DNA of 64,000 bases. It comes from a virus (lineage: Duplodnaviria > Caudoviricetes). Of the stretch, positions 45,741 through 55,488 are shown in pieces; the first letter of the stretch is position 1; each line of letters opens with the position of its first letter. Location of the stretch: IMG/VR virus record IMGVR_UViG_3300047157_000186. One strand, written 5' to 3'. Below the pieces are notes generated by a model. The model did not search any database, was not told the DNA's origin, and saw only the letters and a program-made list of their open reading frames with translations. The position numbers and the translations under genes are program-made.

Positions 45741-45743
45741 ATT

Positions 45744-46805
45744 ATGACAGAACTAACATTTTTTACAGAAAAGGAAACCGACAAATCGATTAGGGTAGGT
45801 ATATGTGCACTAGTTGGTAAGATTAGCCCTAAAATCTCATCACATAAAGGCGCATGGGCTCATATGCTATGTAATCAATTACAAAATGCAGGGTATTCTA
45901 ATGCCGAAGTAATCACATCTAATCAAACCGATTGGAACGACTATGATGCAATTCTCATTGATCACGGTATGGAATTTAAAGGCACGTTTAATATTTTTGG
46001 AGGCTCTAACGATGATTTATATCATCAACTCATGAGGTTATTTTCCCCCGTTAAAAAATATTCCCTACACCATGATATGCCAGATATTGGTAATCTGATT
46101 CAAACTAGGCTTAAAGCAGGAACTGATTTATTTAAAACACTTGAAACTAGAATTGAAGAAGCAACAGAATTGTGTACGAATATACAAAGAGTAGATCATG
46201 TAGATAAAACAGAAAAACTATGTTTTGGCGATAGTCACTCTTTTGGAATGTATCAAGCTGGTTATATGTGTCAGCGACATGATGGACTAACAATGCACGG
46301 TGCACTAAAAAGAGGTTTACAAAGTTATGTATATCCTTGGATTAAAAGCTTAACAGTTTATATGGGTAATATTGATGTGAGACATCATTTGATGAGACAA
46401 TCTAATCCATCTGATTCTGTAAAAACATTACTAAAAAGATATGAAGAAGAACTTATAGGTTTAGGTATTAGTGATATTGAAATAGTAAATGTGTTACCTA
46501 TTGAAAACGAAAGTAGACCATTACCAAAAACAGGCTATTATAAAGGAACGCCATTTGCTGGAACATGGTCAGAACGCAATGCTCTTGTGAATCAAATCAA
46601 TTTAGGTATTGATGATATGGCTAAAAGAAATAACTGGAAAGTTTATAAACACCCGGAAGTTTATTTTAATGCAAAAGAAGAATTAACATTCGATGTTATG
46701 GAAAAGCCTAAATCTGTTCATATTTCTAGAGAGTATTACAGATGGAATATGGAAACAAATCAACCAAATAAAAATTTAATTAAACAAACACTATCCTTAT
46801 TTTAA
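45744..46805 (+). CDS. Two-domain protein with C-terminal SGNH/GDSL hydrolase-like fold
   Basis: Block I CFGDSHS, block III-like MGNIDVRHH, block V-like KSVHIS. Confidence 0.5.
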   Translation: MTELTFFTEKETDKSIRVGICALVGKISPKISSHKGAWAHMLCNQLQNAGYSNAEVITSNQTDWNDYDAILIDHGMEFKGTFNIFGGSNDDLYHQLMRLFSPVKKYSLHHDMPDIGNLIQTRLKAGTDLFKTLETRIEEATELCTNIQRVDHVDKTEKLCFGDSHSFGMYQAGYMCQRHDGLTMHGALKRGLQSYVYPWIKSLTVYMGNIDVRHHLMRQSNPSDSVKTLLKRYEEELIGLGISDIEIVNVLPIENESRPLPKTGYYKGTPFAGTWSERNALVNQINLGIDDMAKRNNWKVYKHPEVYFNAKEELTFDVMEKPKSVHISREYYRWNMETNQPNKNLIKQTLSLF

Positions 46806-46808
46806 TAT

Positions 46809-46964
46809 ATGAAAAAATATAAAATTAAAATCACACCATATCACGCAGCAGATGCATCGTACGTTTTAGAATTAGAAACAGAAAATCTTGAGTGGTCCAT
46901 GGAACAATACCAAAGAAATAGAGATCCTCTTAAATGGGAAATATTAGAAGAAAATGCAGATTAA
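46809..46964 (+). CDS. Small hypothetical protein (51 aa)
   Basis: MKKYKIKITPYHAADASYVLELETENLEWSMEQYQRNRDPLKWEILEENAD fills the gap and overlaps the next start. Confidence 0.5.
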   Translation: MKKYKIKITPYHAADASYVLELETENLEWSMEQYQRNRDPLKWEILEENAD

Positions 46965-48167
46965 AACCACAAAATATTATGATGAATTCATCAGATATTA
47001 TAACTTAGCTTTAAAGCAACAAGAACTTTCTAATTTAGGAATGGTTCCTCATGTTGAAAGCGGCATGAATGACCCATTAATGGAACACATTGAATTATAT
47101 GATGTTGTAGAAAGAAAATATGCAGGTTTTAGTCAAATCGTAAATGATTGCTTTTATGGATGGACAGATAAACATCCATACTGGGAGCACATGCAAGCAG
47201 GTAAAATTTACCCTCAAAGAGAAGAGGTTGCAAAAAATTGGACTAGTCGACAGGATGTTTTTGGATTAGAAGAATGGCTTTATATTTTATTTTACATAGA
47301 GTATGTGGCTCTGCAATTAATTACGCAACTAAACCATCGGGATATCACAATACAATCTTATTTGATTTATATGACTGTGATACTATTGAAGATATGTGTG
47401 AAAAGGTAAAATATCATCCAACACCATTTTATACTTCAGTAGGATATCAATTTCCGGCTTTTCCAAAACCACCTAAGCCAAATGTTAACGAAGATTCATT
47501 CGTAGGCATGTCTAATTTTACTGAACCAGAATATGTGTATAAAAGAGGCGGAGATTATTTCTTATGTGAATTTGCACCAAGAATGGCCAGAGATATGGCA
47601 AACTTCTTAAGAACAGATGGTAAAAAAGATTTAAGAGAATTAGGTGAATGGATGTTTAAGTGGAATGCCGACAATGGCTTAAGAGCTTATAGATTCCAGT
47701 ATGCTGCAGTTATTGCAGATGTATGTGACTGGTATCCAGAATTTATGAATAGAGAATCGATGTTCTATTATGGCACTAACGCAGTAGAATGTATTGGTTA
47801 TCTTGCAGATCCTGTAGAAAAGAAGGGTAAGAAGTCTGAAGAGTTTTTAGATGCAGTAATGACAAAGATTTATGAAGATACAGGATCACTTCCATATAAT
47901 GCAGAAGATGTAGCATGTGACTTTATTAGATGGATAGAAAACTATATAAAACCAGGACCTGATTATGCACATATAAATATGGACACTTTGTGGAATTCAT
48001 CCTCTATTAAAGATCATCCATACGGTAGACAAAAGGCTATGTTAGATCTAGGTTTAGTAAAAACATTTAATGATATGACTCAATTTCCATCTGATGACAA
48101 AGTTTTACAAAGCGCAGGAGTATCAGTTGAAGAGTATAAAAAAATGAATGAAGATTATGGAAACTGA
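46954..48167 (+). CDS. aGPT-Pplase / amino-acid:DNA transferase-like protein 1 (one apparent frameshift near 47290)
   Basis: ORFs 46954-47409 and 47274-48167 join through a T-homopolymer slip (EWLY.FILHRVCGS). N-terminal DPLMEHIELYDVVER and C-terminal NAEDVACDFIRW (E-x3-C-x-F) fit the family. Confidence 0.5.
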
Positions 48168-49254
48168 TATTAAAGAAAGAAAAAAAGAAAACAAAAATAT
48201 GAGTGTACTATTTACATTTGACGATGATCCACATTACGATCATGAAAACATAACGTATAGTGGAACAAACACGGATATTAAATTTAAAAAGAAAAAACCA
48301 GCTGAGAGTTGGATGAAAGATTGGACTGAAGAAGAAAGATTGGCTAAGTTCTTTGAATTTTGTACTGCGTTTGATAAAAGAGAAGATCAATTACTTTTAG
48401 AAGATTATCAAATATTTTCTCATAGATTACACTGGCATGAACATCCATATTGTTATATGATGCAACATGAAACTGATCTAGAAAAATTACTTTATTATAC
48501 AATAGTCTTCTCATTTTCTAACGAACATTGGGGAACTATAACAAGATTAATAAAAGAAGGAGAAGAAAAAACTAGAGAACATTTTGTAGAAAATAGACAT
48601 GCTAGAAATGATTTATTTCAAATCTATTATCCCAAAGGTACAAAAGTTAAAGATTGGTTAATTGAAGGACCTAAGAAAGCGGCTAAAGATATGGTGCATA
48701 TTCTTAAAGATCTCGAAAGACCTTATACAATGATGGAGTTTGCTAAACTATTAGAAGCTTATTTTAAAGAACATCAAGGATTTAGATCACCCTTATATCC
48801 ATGTAAAAACACAGCAAGATATGTTGCAATGAGTAGGCCCGATCTTGTTGATCCCGAATCTATTTTATTTGGTGGAACTGGACACTTTGATGGTATGCAA
48901 CAAATATTTGGAGGAGTTAACTTAAATGGTAAAGTAAAATATTCAATAGATGATAATGGTCAGTTTGTCGCAGAAAACAAACATGCCGAAGAATGGATTA
49001 GACAAATGGATTTATTAGTAAATCATCCAAATAATCCAATGGAAAGTCAAAAGTATTTAAACGTAGAAGATAAAACATGTTTCTTCTATAAGCATATTGC
49101 AATTAGTCATGGAATAAAATCACCAACAAAAAGAATTCCATATACATGGATATTTGACGGAGATTTTAATTTAGCTAAACATCCTACTAAAGAAATTTTA
49201 GTTAATGCTAATACGACAAAATATTTATGGGGTAGAGAATATCCAAACGAGTAA
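48148..49254 (+). CDS. aGPT-Pplase / amino-acid:DNA transferase-like protein 2
   Basis: DQLLLEDYQIFSHRLHW, SPLYPCKNTARYVAM and C-terminal NVEDKTCFFYKH (E-x3-C-x-F). Confidence 0.5.
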   Translation: MKIMETDIKERKKENKNMSVLFTFDDDPHYDHENITYSGTNTDIKFKKKKPAESWMKDWTEEERLAKFFEFCTAFDKREDQLLLEDYQIFSHRLHWHEHPYCYMMQHETDLEKLLYYTIVFSFSNEHWGTITRLIKEGEEKTREHFVENRHARNDLFQIYYPKGTKVKDWLIEGPKKAAKDMVHILKDLERPYTMMEFAKLLEAYFKEHQGFRSPLYPCKNTARYVAMSRPDLVDPESILFGGTGHFDGMQQIFGGVNLNGKVKYSIDDNGQFVAENKHAEEWIRQMDLLVNHPNNPMESQKYLNVEDKTCFFYKHIAISHGIKSPTKRIPYTWIFDGDFNLAKHPTKEILVNANTTKYLWGREYPNE

Positions 49255-49258
49255 AATA

Positions 49259-49927
49259 ATGAAGATGAAAAATAAGGCAGAAGACGCATGGCAGATCCTA
49301 AGGATCCAAGGAGAATTCACAAAGGGTTTTGATACATTTAATGAATTAAAAGGACCTTGTATTTCTGTATTTGGTAGTGCAAGAACCTTGAGTACTAATA
49401 AAATTTATAAAGAAGCAGAAAAACTAGGTAAACTCTTAGTAGAAGCTGGATTTGGTGTTATTACTGGTGGAGGTCCTGGTATTATGGAGGCTGCTAACAA
49501 AGGTGCTCATAATGCAGGTGGAAAAAGTATCGGTGTCGGTATTGAATTACCGTTCGAGGCTAGTATGAATGAATATGTAGATCTTGGAGTAGAGAATAGA
49601 TATTTCTTTACTCGTAAAGTAATGTTCCTAAAATACTCACAGGGGTTTGTGATATTCCCAGGTGGCGTCGGCACTCTCGATGAGCTATTTGAGGCCATCA
49701 CCCTTGCACAATGTGGACATAATGTAAAATATCCAATAGTTCTTGTAGGTAAAAAATACTGGAGCGGACTTATTGATTGGATGCAAGATACGTTATGGAC
49801 TAACGGTGCAATTAGTCAAGAAGACTTTGATTTATTTAGAGTTGTCGATACCGCAGAAGAAGCCGTAGAAAAAATTACAGATTATCATAACAAATATAAA
49901 GATAATAATTCAAAAACAAACTTTTAA
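49259..49927 (+). CDS. LOG family (TIGR00730-type) nucleotide monophosphate phosphoribohydrolase
   Basis: ISVFGSAR, ITGGGPGIMEAANKGA, YFFTRKVMFLKYSQGFVIFPGGVGTLDELFE. Confidence 0.9.
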   Translation: MKMKNKAEDAWQILRIQGEFTKGFDTFNELKGPCISVFGSARTLSTNKIYKEAEKLGKLLVEAGFGVITGGGPGIMEAANKGAHNAGGKSIGVGIELPFEASMNEYVDLGVENRYFFTRKVMFLKYSQGFVIFPGGVGTLDELFEAITLAQCGHNVKYPIVLVGKKYWSGLIDWMQDTLWTNGAISQEDFDLFRVVDTAEEAVEKITDYHNKYKDNNSKTNF

Positions 49928-49929
49928 AT

Positions 49930-50826
49930 ATGGCTCACAATAAACACACGACAAGCACGATGAATCAAGATTTAAATCTTATGATGCCAAATAGACAAGC
50001 ATGGTTAGATTTAGCAGGAGATTGGCAAGATCCATTAGATGATCCAATTATTGTGAATCATGAGGGATTTAATGTAGTGAGAGATGATATGATGGGTTTT
50101 GGATCTAAATGTAGATTTGGAGATATATTAGTACAAAAGGCACCAACAGATACACTAGTATATGTACAGCCCAGATTTGGATTTGCAGGAATTTCTCTTG
50201 CGTATTTAGCAAAAAAATATAATAAAAAATTGGTACTGTTTATGCCATCGGGTAAAGTAATATCAGATCACCAAGCTATATGTATTGAAAGAGGTGCTAT
50301 TGCTAAATTTAGAAGAATAGCGGCAATGCCTAATTTAAATAGAATTGCAAAACAATGGGCAGAAGATAACAATGCTACATTTATTCCTTTAGGTTTAAAA
50401 CATGAATTGGTAACCGCTGCTGCAGTAAAAGTTGCATATGATGTAGCAGAAAAACATGGATATCCAGAAGAAGTATGGTCAGCAATATCAACTGGAGTTT
50501 TACAACGCTCTTTACAAATTGCATGGCCAGATGCTGAATTTAATGCAGTTGCAGTTTCTAGAAATATTCAAAATGGTGAATTAGGTAGAGCTAAAGTTTG
50601 GTCTCATCCTAAGGCATTTGCATCAGATGTAAAACCAGAATTTGCTCCCCCATTCCCATCAGCAATGAACTATGATGCAAAAGCTTGGGAATTTATGGTT
50701 AAGCACGGAAATCAAGGAGCTTGGTTTTGGAATGTAGGTGGACAACCTTACCCAGAATCAGAAGAAACTAAAGAAAAAACAAACTCTAAAAGAGAATGGG
50801 GAGAAGTTTTAGAAATGGACTTATAA
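49930..50826 (+). CDS. PLP-dependent enzyme, fold type II (tryptophan synthase beta / cysteine synthase / ACC deaminase-like)
   Basis: VVRDDMMGFGSKCR (Schiff-base Lys), AGISLAYLAKKYNKKLVLFM, phosphate loop VWSAISTGV, FWNVG. Confidence 0.8.
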   Translation: MAHNKHTTSTMNQDLNLMMPNRQAWLDLAGDWQDPLDDPIIVNHEGFNVVRDDMMGFGSKCRFGDILVQKAPTDTLVYVQPRFGFAGISLAYLAKKYNKKLVLFMPSGKVISDHQAICIERGAIAKFRRIAAMPNLNRIAKQWAEDNNATFIPLGLKHELVTAAAVKVAYDVAEKHGYPEEVWSAISTGVLQRSLQIAWPDAEFNAVAVSRNIQNGELGRAKVWSHPKAFASDVKPEFAPPFPSAMNYDAKAWEFMVKHGNQGAWFWNVGGQPYPESEETKEKTNSKREWGEVLEMDL

Positions 50827-50831
50827 AAACT

Positions 50832-50859
50832 GAAACTTTAAATCAAACTATCATATTAA
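50832..50859 (+). promoter_or_regulatory. Bipartite promoter variant GAAAC-N17-TATTAA
   Basis: Upstream of the dUTPase-like gene and polymerase part A. Confidence 0.4.
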
Positions 50860-50878
50860 TAATATAACAAATTAAATT

Positions 50879-51346
50879 ATGGCAAACATTGACAACGAAT
50901 GTAAGGATTTAGAAGTAAAAGATTTTTACGACAAATCAACAACACACTTATCAGATATCATGGAAAACCAAAAAAAGATGCAAGAGCAAACTTATGGTAT
51001 TAATTTCGATGATATGACAATTAGAGAGATTATGGATTTCTGGCATGTTAACACACACTCACTAATGGATGAAGTTCATGAAATGACAGATGCTCTTGGT
51101 GGAATTAAAGATGGTAGTGGAAACGCAGTATGGAAATACTGGAAAAAAGACTTTACGAAATATAATACATTAAAAATTTCTGATATGTCTGAAGGAGATA
51201 AGAAAGAATTGTATATGGAATGGGTAGATATTCTACACTTCTTTATTAATTATGCATCTTCAATCGGTTTAGACGCTAAGACTGCATATAATTACTACTT
51301 CGCAAAAGCAGAAGAGAACGTTAACCGTCAGAAAAATAATTATTAA
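50879..51346 (+). CDS. All-alpha NTP pyrophosphatase (dimeric dUTPase / T4 gp56 dCTPase / MazG-like)
   Basis: DEVHEMTDAL, WKYWKK and ELYMEWVDILHFF fit the ExxE...ExxD pattern. Confidence 0.8.
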   Translation: MANIDNECKDLEVKDFYDKSTTHLSDIMENQKKMQEQTYGINFDDMTIREIMDFWHVNTHSLMDEVHEMTDALGGIKDGSGNAVWKYWKKDFTKYNTLKISDMSEGDKKELYMEWVDILHFFINYASSIGLDAKTAYNYYFAKAEENVNRQKNNY

Positions 51347-52749
51347 TGCTATTAGATATAGAACAAACCAGTAATGAGTTAATTATATCTTACTATAATA
51401 AAGAAGGTAAAGTCTCATTCAAAAGATATGGTGTAAATCAATTTCAGAATTGGGTAGTCACTAAAGAAACAGACAAATACAAAGACAAAACATATAGAAA
51501 CTGGGACGATCGTCCACTTAAAAGAGGTTTCGCTAAATCATTTAATAAATTTAGTTTATTATATTTCATGGATTCTTTGCCAGAAGAAGACAAGGAAGAA
51601 ATATATGAATTCAATATGCCAAGAACATACTTTGTCGATATTGAAACAGAAATAGTAGACGGCTTTCCAAAACCAGAAGAAGCTAAAAGTAGAATCCTAT
51701 CATTTTCCATTATCACACCCGAGCGCAAAGCAATCGTATTAGGTTTAGAAGATATGCCACATGATAAAGTGAAAAAGATCAATGATGATACTAATGAATA
51801 CTTAAAAAATTACGATCAAGACTGGGAATTCTCATATCATAAGTTTGATAATGAGTATAATATGTTATATACATTCCTTCATAAGTTTTTACCTAAATTC
51901 CCAATGATGACAGGATGGAACTTTATAAACTATGACTGGCAGTATATAGTAAACAGATGTAAAAGATTACAAATCGACCTGAACGATGTGGCTATTACTG
52001 GATCACTTGATAGAAATGATAGCAGACCGCTTCACATGGGTATTCTTGATTATATGCAATTATATGATAAATATGATCGTTCAGTTGCAGTAAAAGAATC
52101 AAACTCATTAGATTTTGTTTCAGGTGCAGTATTAGATATTAATAAAATTAAATATAGTGGATCATTACAAGATTTATATGAAAATGATTTTACTAAATAT
52201 ATTTATTATAATGTAATCGATTCATGTTTAGTATACTATATTGATCAACAATTAAGATCGATGGAAGTTCTTTTAACATTGGCAACTATTACCAGAATGC
52301 CTCTCTATAAAGCTTCTTCACCTGTGGCTATTACAGAATCTTTGTTGGCAAGAAAATTAGCTGAAACTAATAAGAAAATAGGCGTAGAATATGGAAAGGC
52401 AGATTCTCTTAAAGAAGGTAAATTTGAAGGTGCATTTGTAAAGCAACCAATTGTTGGGTATTATTCTGGAGTAAGTGCATTTGATTTCGCTTCGCTATAT
52501 CCATCAATAATGAGACAGTTTAATATTTCACCAGAATCTTTTATTGAACAGGTAACTGAACCTGAAATTAATGAAAGAAGAAAAGATGAGAATGTAATTG
52601 TTTGTGAGAACGGCGTTGTCTATAAAAAGGAAGATTCAATCTTAAAAAAGATTTTAAGTGATTTATATTCCCAAAGAAAAGATTACAAAAAGACGTCATA
52701 TGCGTATTATGAGAAGGCATATGAACTAGAAAAAAAAATAAAAAAATAA
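51346..52749 (+). CDS. gp43A: Family B DNA polymerase, N-terminal part (3'-5' exonuclease + motif A)
   Basis: ExoI FVDIETE, ExoII GWNFINYD, ExoIII YNVID, motif A FDFASLYPS; ends after the first fingers helix (LYSQRKDYKK); lacks motifs B and C. Confidence 0.9.
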   Translation: MLLDIEQTSNELIISYYNKEGKVSFKRYGVNQFQNWVVTKETDKYKDKTYRNWDDRPLKRGFAKSFNKFSLLYFMDSLPEEDKEEIYEFNMPRTYFVDIETEIVDGFPKPEEAKSRILSFSIITPERKAIVLGLEDMPHDKVKKINDDTNEYLKNYDQDWEFSYHKFDNEYNMLYTFLHKFLPKFPMMTGWNFINYDWQYIVNRCKRLQIDLNDVAITGSLDRNDSRPLHMGILDYMQLYDKYDRSVAVKESNSLDFVSGAVLDINKIKYSGSLQDLYENDFTKYIYYNVIDSCLVYYIDQQLRSMEVLLTLATITRMPLYKASSPVAITESLLARKLAETNKKIGVEYGKADSLKEGKFEGAFVKQPIVGYYSGVSAFDFASLYPSIMRQFNISPESFIEQVTEPEINERRKDENVIVCENGVVYKKEDSILKKILSDLYSQRKDYKKTSYAYYEKAYELEKKIKK

Positions 52750-52757
52750 TTTAACAA

Positions 52758-52786
52758 GAGACTAGTAATTCAACTGATATATAAAT
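52758..52786 (+). promoter_or_regulatory. Promoter-like GAGAC-N17-TATAAA overlapping GATATATA
   Basis: Intergenic upstream of nrdB; one mismatch to the GAAAC box. Confidence 0.35.
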
Positions 52787-52806
52787 TACTAAAAATAAAC
52801 AACAAT

Positions 52807-53787
52807 ATGAATAAGAACATCTTTTCACCTAGAGTCAACATTTTACCTTATGAGTACCCACAGTTATTGGCATACAAAGATGCTATTAGACATTCATATT
52901 GGATTCACACTGAATTTAATTTTACAACAGACATAGATGATTTTAAAACTAAAGTTTCTGATTCAGAAAGAGAAGTTATTAAAAGAGCTATGCTTGCGAT
53001 TGCTCAAATAGAGGTTAATGTAAAAACTTTTTGGGCTGATCTATATAAGAGAATGCCTATTACAGAAGTAGGTGACGTGGGTATGACATTTGCAGAATCT
53101 GAAGTAAGACACAAAGATGCTTACGCACAATTACTTAGAGTCTTAGGATTAGAAAAAGAATTTCAAAATGTTGTAGAGATACCTGCAATAAAAGATAGAA
53201 TATCTTATTTAAAAAAATATTTAGACGGGACGAGATCTAGAGATGATAAAATGTATACTAAATCAGTATTGTTGTTTTCTTTATTTATAGAGCATGTTAG
53301 TCTATTTAGCCAATTTCTAATTATGATGTCATTTAACAAAGAGAAAAATCTATTCAAGGGTATTTCTAATGTAGTTGAAGCAACATCTAAAGAAGAAGAA
53401 ATTCATGGTAATTTTGGATCTGAAATTATCAACATTATTAAATCTGAAAACCCAGAATGGTTTGATGAAGAATTTGAACAACTTATTGATTCTGCATGTA
53501 AAAAAGCATATGCTGCGGAAGTTAAAATTCTAGATTGGATTTTTGAAAAAGGAGAATTAGAATTCCTTTCTAAAAAAACCATTGAAAACTTCATACAGAA
53601 TAGATTTAATAATTCATTAACAAGAATAGGAATGAAGCCTGTGTTCGACGTTGACCTTAGTGAAATTGAAAAAACATTATGGTTTGATGTAGAAATCACA
53701 GCAACAAAAGAAGGAGACTTCTTTTACAAGAAACAAGTTGACTACAACAAGAAGAGTAAGTCAATTACAGAAGACGATTTATTTTAA
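52807..53787 (+). CDS. nrdB: Ribonucleotide reductase class I beta subunit (NrdBi / class Id-like)
   Basis: QIEVNVK, ESEVRHKDAY, FIEHVSLFSQF, SKEEEIHG metal ligands; the first ligand is Glu. Confidence 0.92.
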   Translation: MNKNIFSPRVNILPYEYPQLLAYKDAIRHSYWIHTEFNFTTDIDDFKTKVSDSEREVIKRAMLAIAQIEVNVKTFWADLYKRMPITEVGDVGMTFAESEVRHKDAYAQLLRVLGLEKEFQNVVEIPAIKDRISYLKKYLDGTRSRDDKMYTKSVLLFSLFIEHVSLFSQFLIMMSFNKEKNLFKGISNVVEATSKEEEIHGNFGSEIINIIKSENPEWFDEEFEQLIDSACKKAYAAEVKILDWIFEKGELEFLSKKTIENFIQNRFNNSLTRIGMKPVFDVDLSEIEKTLWFDVEITATKEGDFFYKKQVDYNKKSKSITEDDLF

Positions 53788-53808
53788 ACTAATTAAAGAT
53801 TTTACAAT

Positions 53809-55488
53809 ATGAAAGAAGCCGGAACACCTCTCGCAGAGAAACCTGTCGCGATTAAAAGCGATGAAACAAGACCAAAATATTATTGGTTAAATGATGACAG
53901 TAGATTATTTTTATCACGAGGATACATCACTGAAACACCAGAACAACGAATCAAAGACATTGCAAACACCGCAGAAAAGTATTTAAAAGTTGAAGGATTT
54001 GCAAAGAAATTTGAAGATTACATGGCAAGAGGTTTTTACAGTATGTCCACTCCGGTTTGGATTAACTTCGGTAAAGATAAAGGTCTTCCTATAAGTTGTT
54101 ACGGTTCTAATGTAGATGACACATTAGATAGTATTTTAAATGGCTCGAGAGAAATTGGCATGATGTCAAAATACGGAGGAGGAACTTCTATTTATTTAGG
54201 AAACATTAGAGAAAGAGGTGCTACTATTTCTACAGGAGGAACAGCAGATGGACCAGTACACTACGCTAGAATGTATGACACGACAGTTGATGTATGTAAA
54301 CAATCAGAAGCAAGAAGAGGAGCATGCGCAGCATGGTTACCAGTAGAACATAATGATATTTTAGAATTTTTAGAAATAGGCACAGAAGGAAATCCTATTC
54401 AAAATCTACAATATGGTGTTACAGTTACTGATCAATGGATTCAGGAAATGAAAGATGGTGATGCAGCTAAACGTAAAATTTGGGCTAAAGTTATTCAGAG
54501 AAGAAATGAATTTGGCTATCCTTACATTATGTTCAAAGATAACTCAAATAATAATTCTCCCTACAAAGAATTAGGTTTAGAAATTACAGCATCAAACCTG
54601 TGTTCAGAAATTCAACTACCAACAGATTCATTTAATTCATTTGTATGTTGTTTAGGTTCTATTAACCTATTACATTGGGACGAATTAAAAGATACAGATG
54701 CAATTGAAACGTATACTTTATTTTTAAATGCAGTAATGGATGAATTCGTAAAAAAATCTTATAATTTACCAGGAATGGCAAGAGCTCATAGATTTGCTGA
54801 GCAACATAGAGCACTTGGAGTTGGCGTTTTAGGATATCATTCTTATTTTCAATCTAAAAGAGTTGCATTTGAATCATTAGAGGCAAAACAATTAAATCAC
54901 CAAATATTTAAAACTCTTAAAGAAAGAACAGAAGAAGCATCTAAGTGGTTACATGACGAAAAAGGATATAAATCATTAAGAAATGGATTTGCTAATACAA
55001 CATTAATTGCAATTGCACCAACCAAATCAAGTTCATTTATTCACGGAGCAGTAAGCATGGGTATTGAGCCAATTAAATCTAATTACTTTATTAAAGATTT
55101 AGCTAAATCAAAAACAATTTATAAAAATCCATTCTTAGAAGAAGAATTAGAAAAATATGGACTAAACACACCTGCTGTATGGGACGAAATTTTAAAGAAA
55201 GATGGAAGCGTACAGCACTTAGACTTTCCTACTAAAGAAGTATTTAAATCATTTATTGAAATTTCTCCAAGTGAATTAATATTACAGGCTGGACAGAGAC
55301 AAGAATTTATTGATCAATCACAATCACTAAATTTAATGATTCACCCAAGCGTTTCAGCAAAAGATATTAATAAACTTTATTTAAATGCACATGAATCTGG
55401 TGTTAAAACACTATACTATCAATTTAGTCAGAGTTCAGCACAATCATTTTCTAGAAATATTTTAGAATGTGCTTCATGTGAAGGTTAA
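53809..55488 (+). CDS. nrdA: Ribonucleotide reductase class I alpha subunit, short form without ATP cone
   Basis: PISCY, SNLCSEI (NxCxE), IAPTKSSS, TLYY and C-terminal CASC. Confidence 0.93.
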   Translation: MKEAGTPLAEKPVAIKSDETRPKYYWLNDDSRLFLSRGYITETPEQRIKDIANTAEKYLKVEGFAKKFEDYMARGFYSMSTPVWINFGKDKGLPISCYGSNVDDTLDSILNGSREIGMMSKYGGGTSIYLGNIRERGATISTGGTADGPVHYARMYDTTVDVCKQSEARRGACAAWLPVEHNDILEFLEIGTEGNPIQNLQYGVTVTDQWIQEMKDGDAAKRKIWAKVIQRRNEFGYPYIMFKDNSNNNSPYKELGLEITASNLCSEIQLPTDSFNSFVCCLGSINLLHWDELKDTDAIETYTLFLNAVMDEFVKKSYNLPGMARAHRFAEQHRALGVGVLGYHSYFQSKRVAFESLEAKQLNHQIFKTLKERTEEASKWLHDEKGYKSLRNGFANTTLIAIAPTKSSSFIHGAVSMGIEPIKSNYFIKDLAKSKTIYKNPFLEEELEKYGLNTPAVWDEILKKDGSVQHLDFPTKEVFKSFIEISPSELILQAGQRQEFIDQSQSLNLMIHPSVSAKDINKLYLNAHESGVKTLYYQFSQSSAQSFSRNILECASCEG

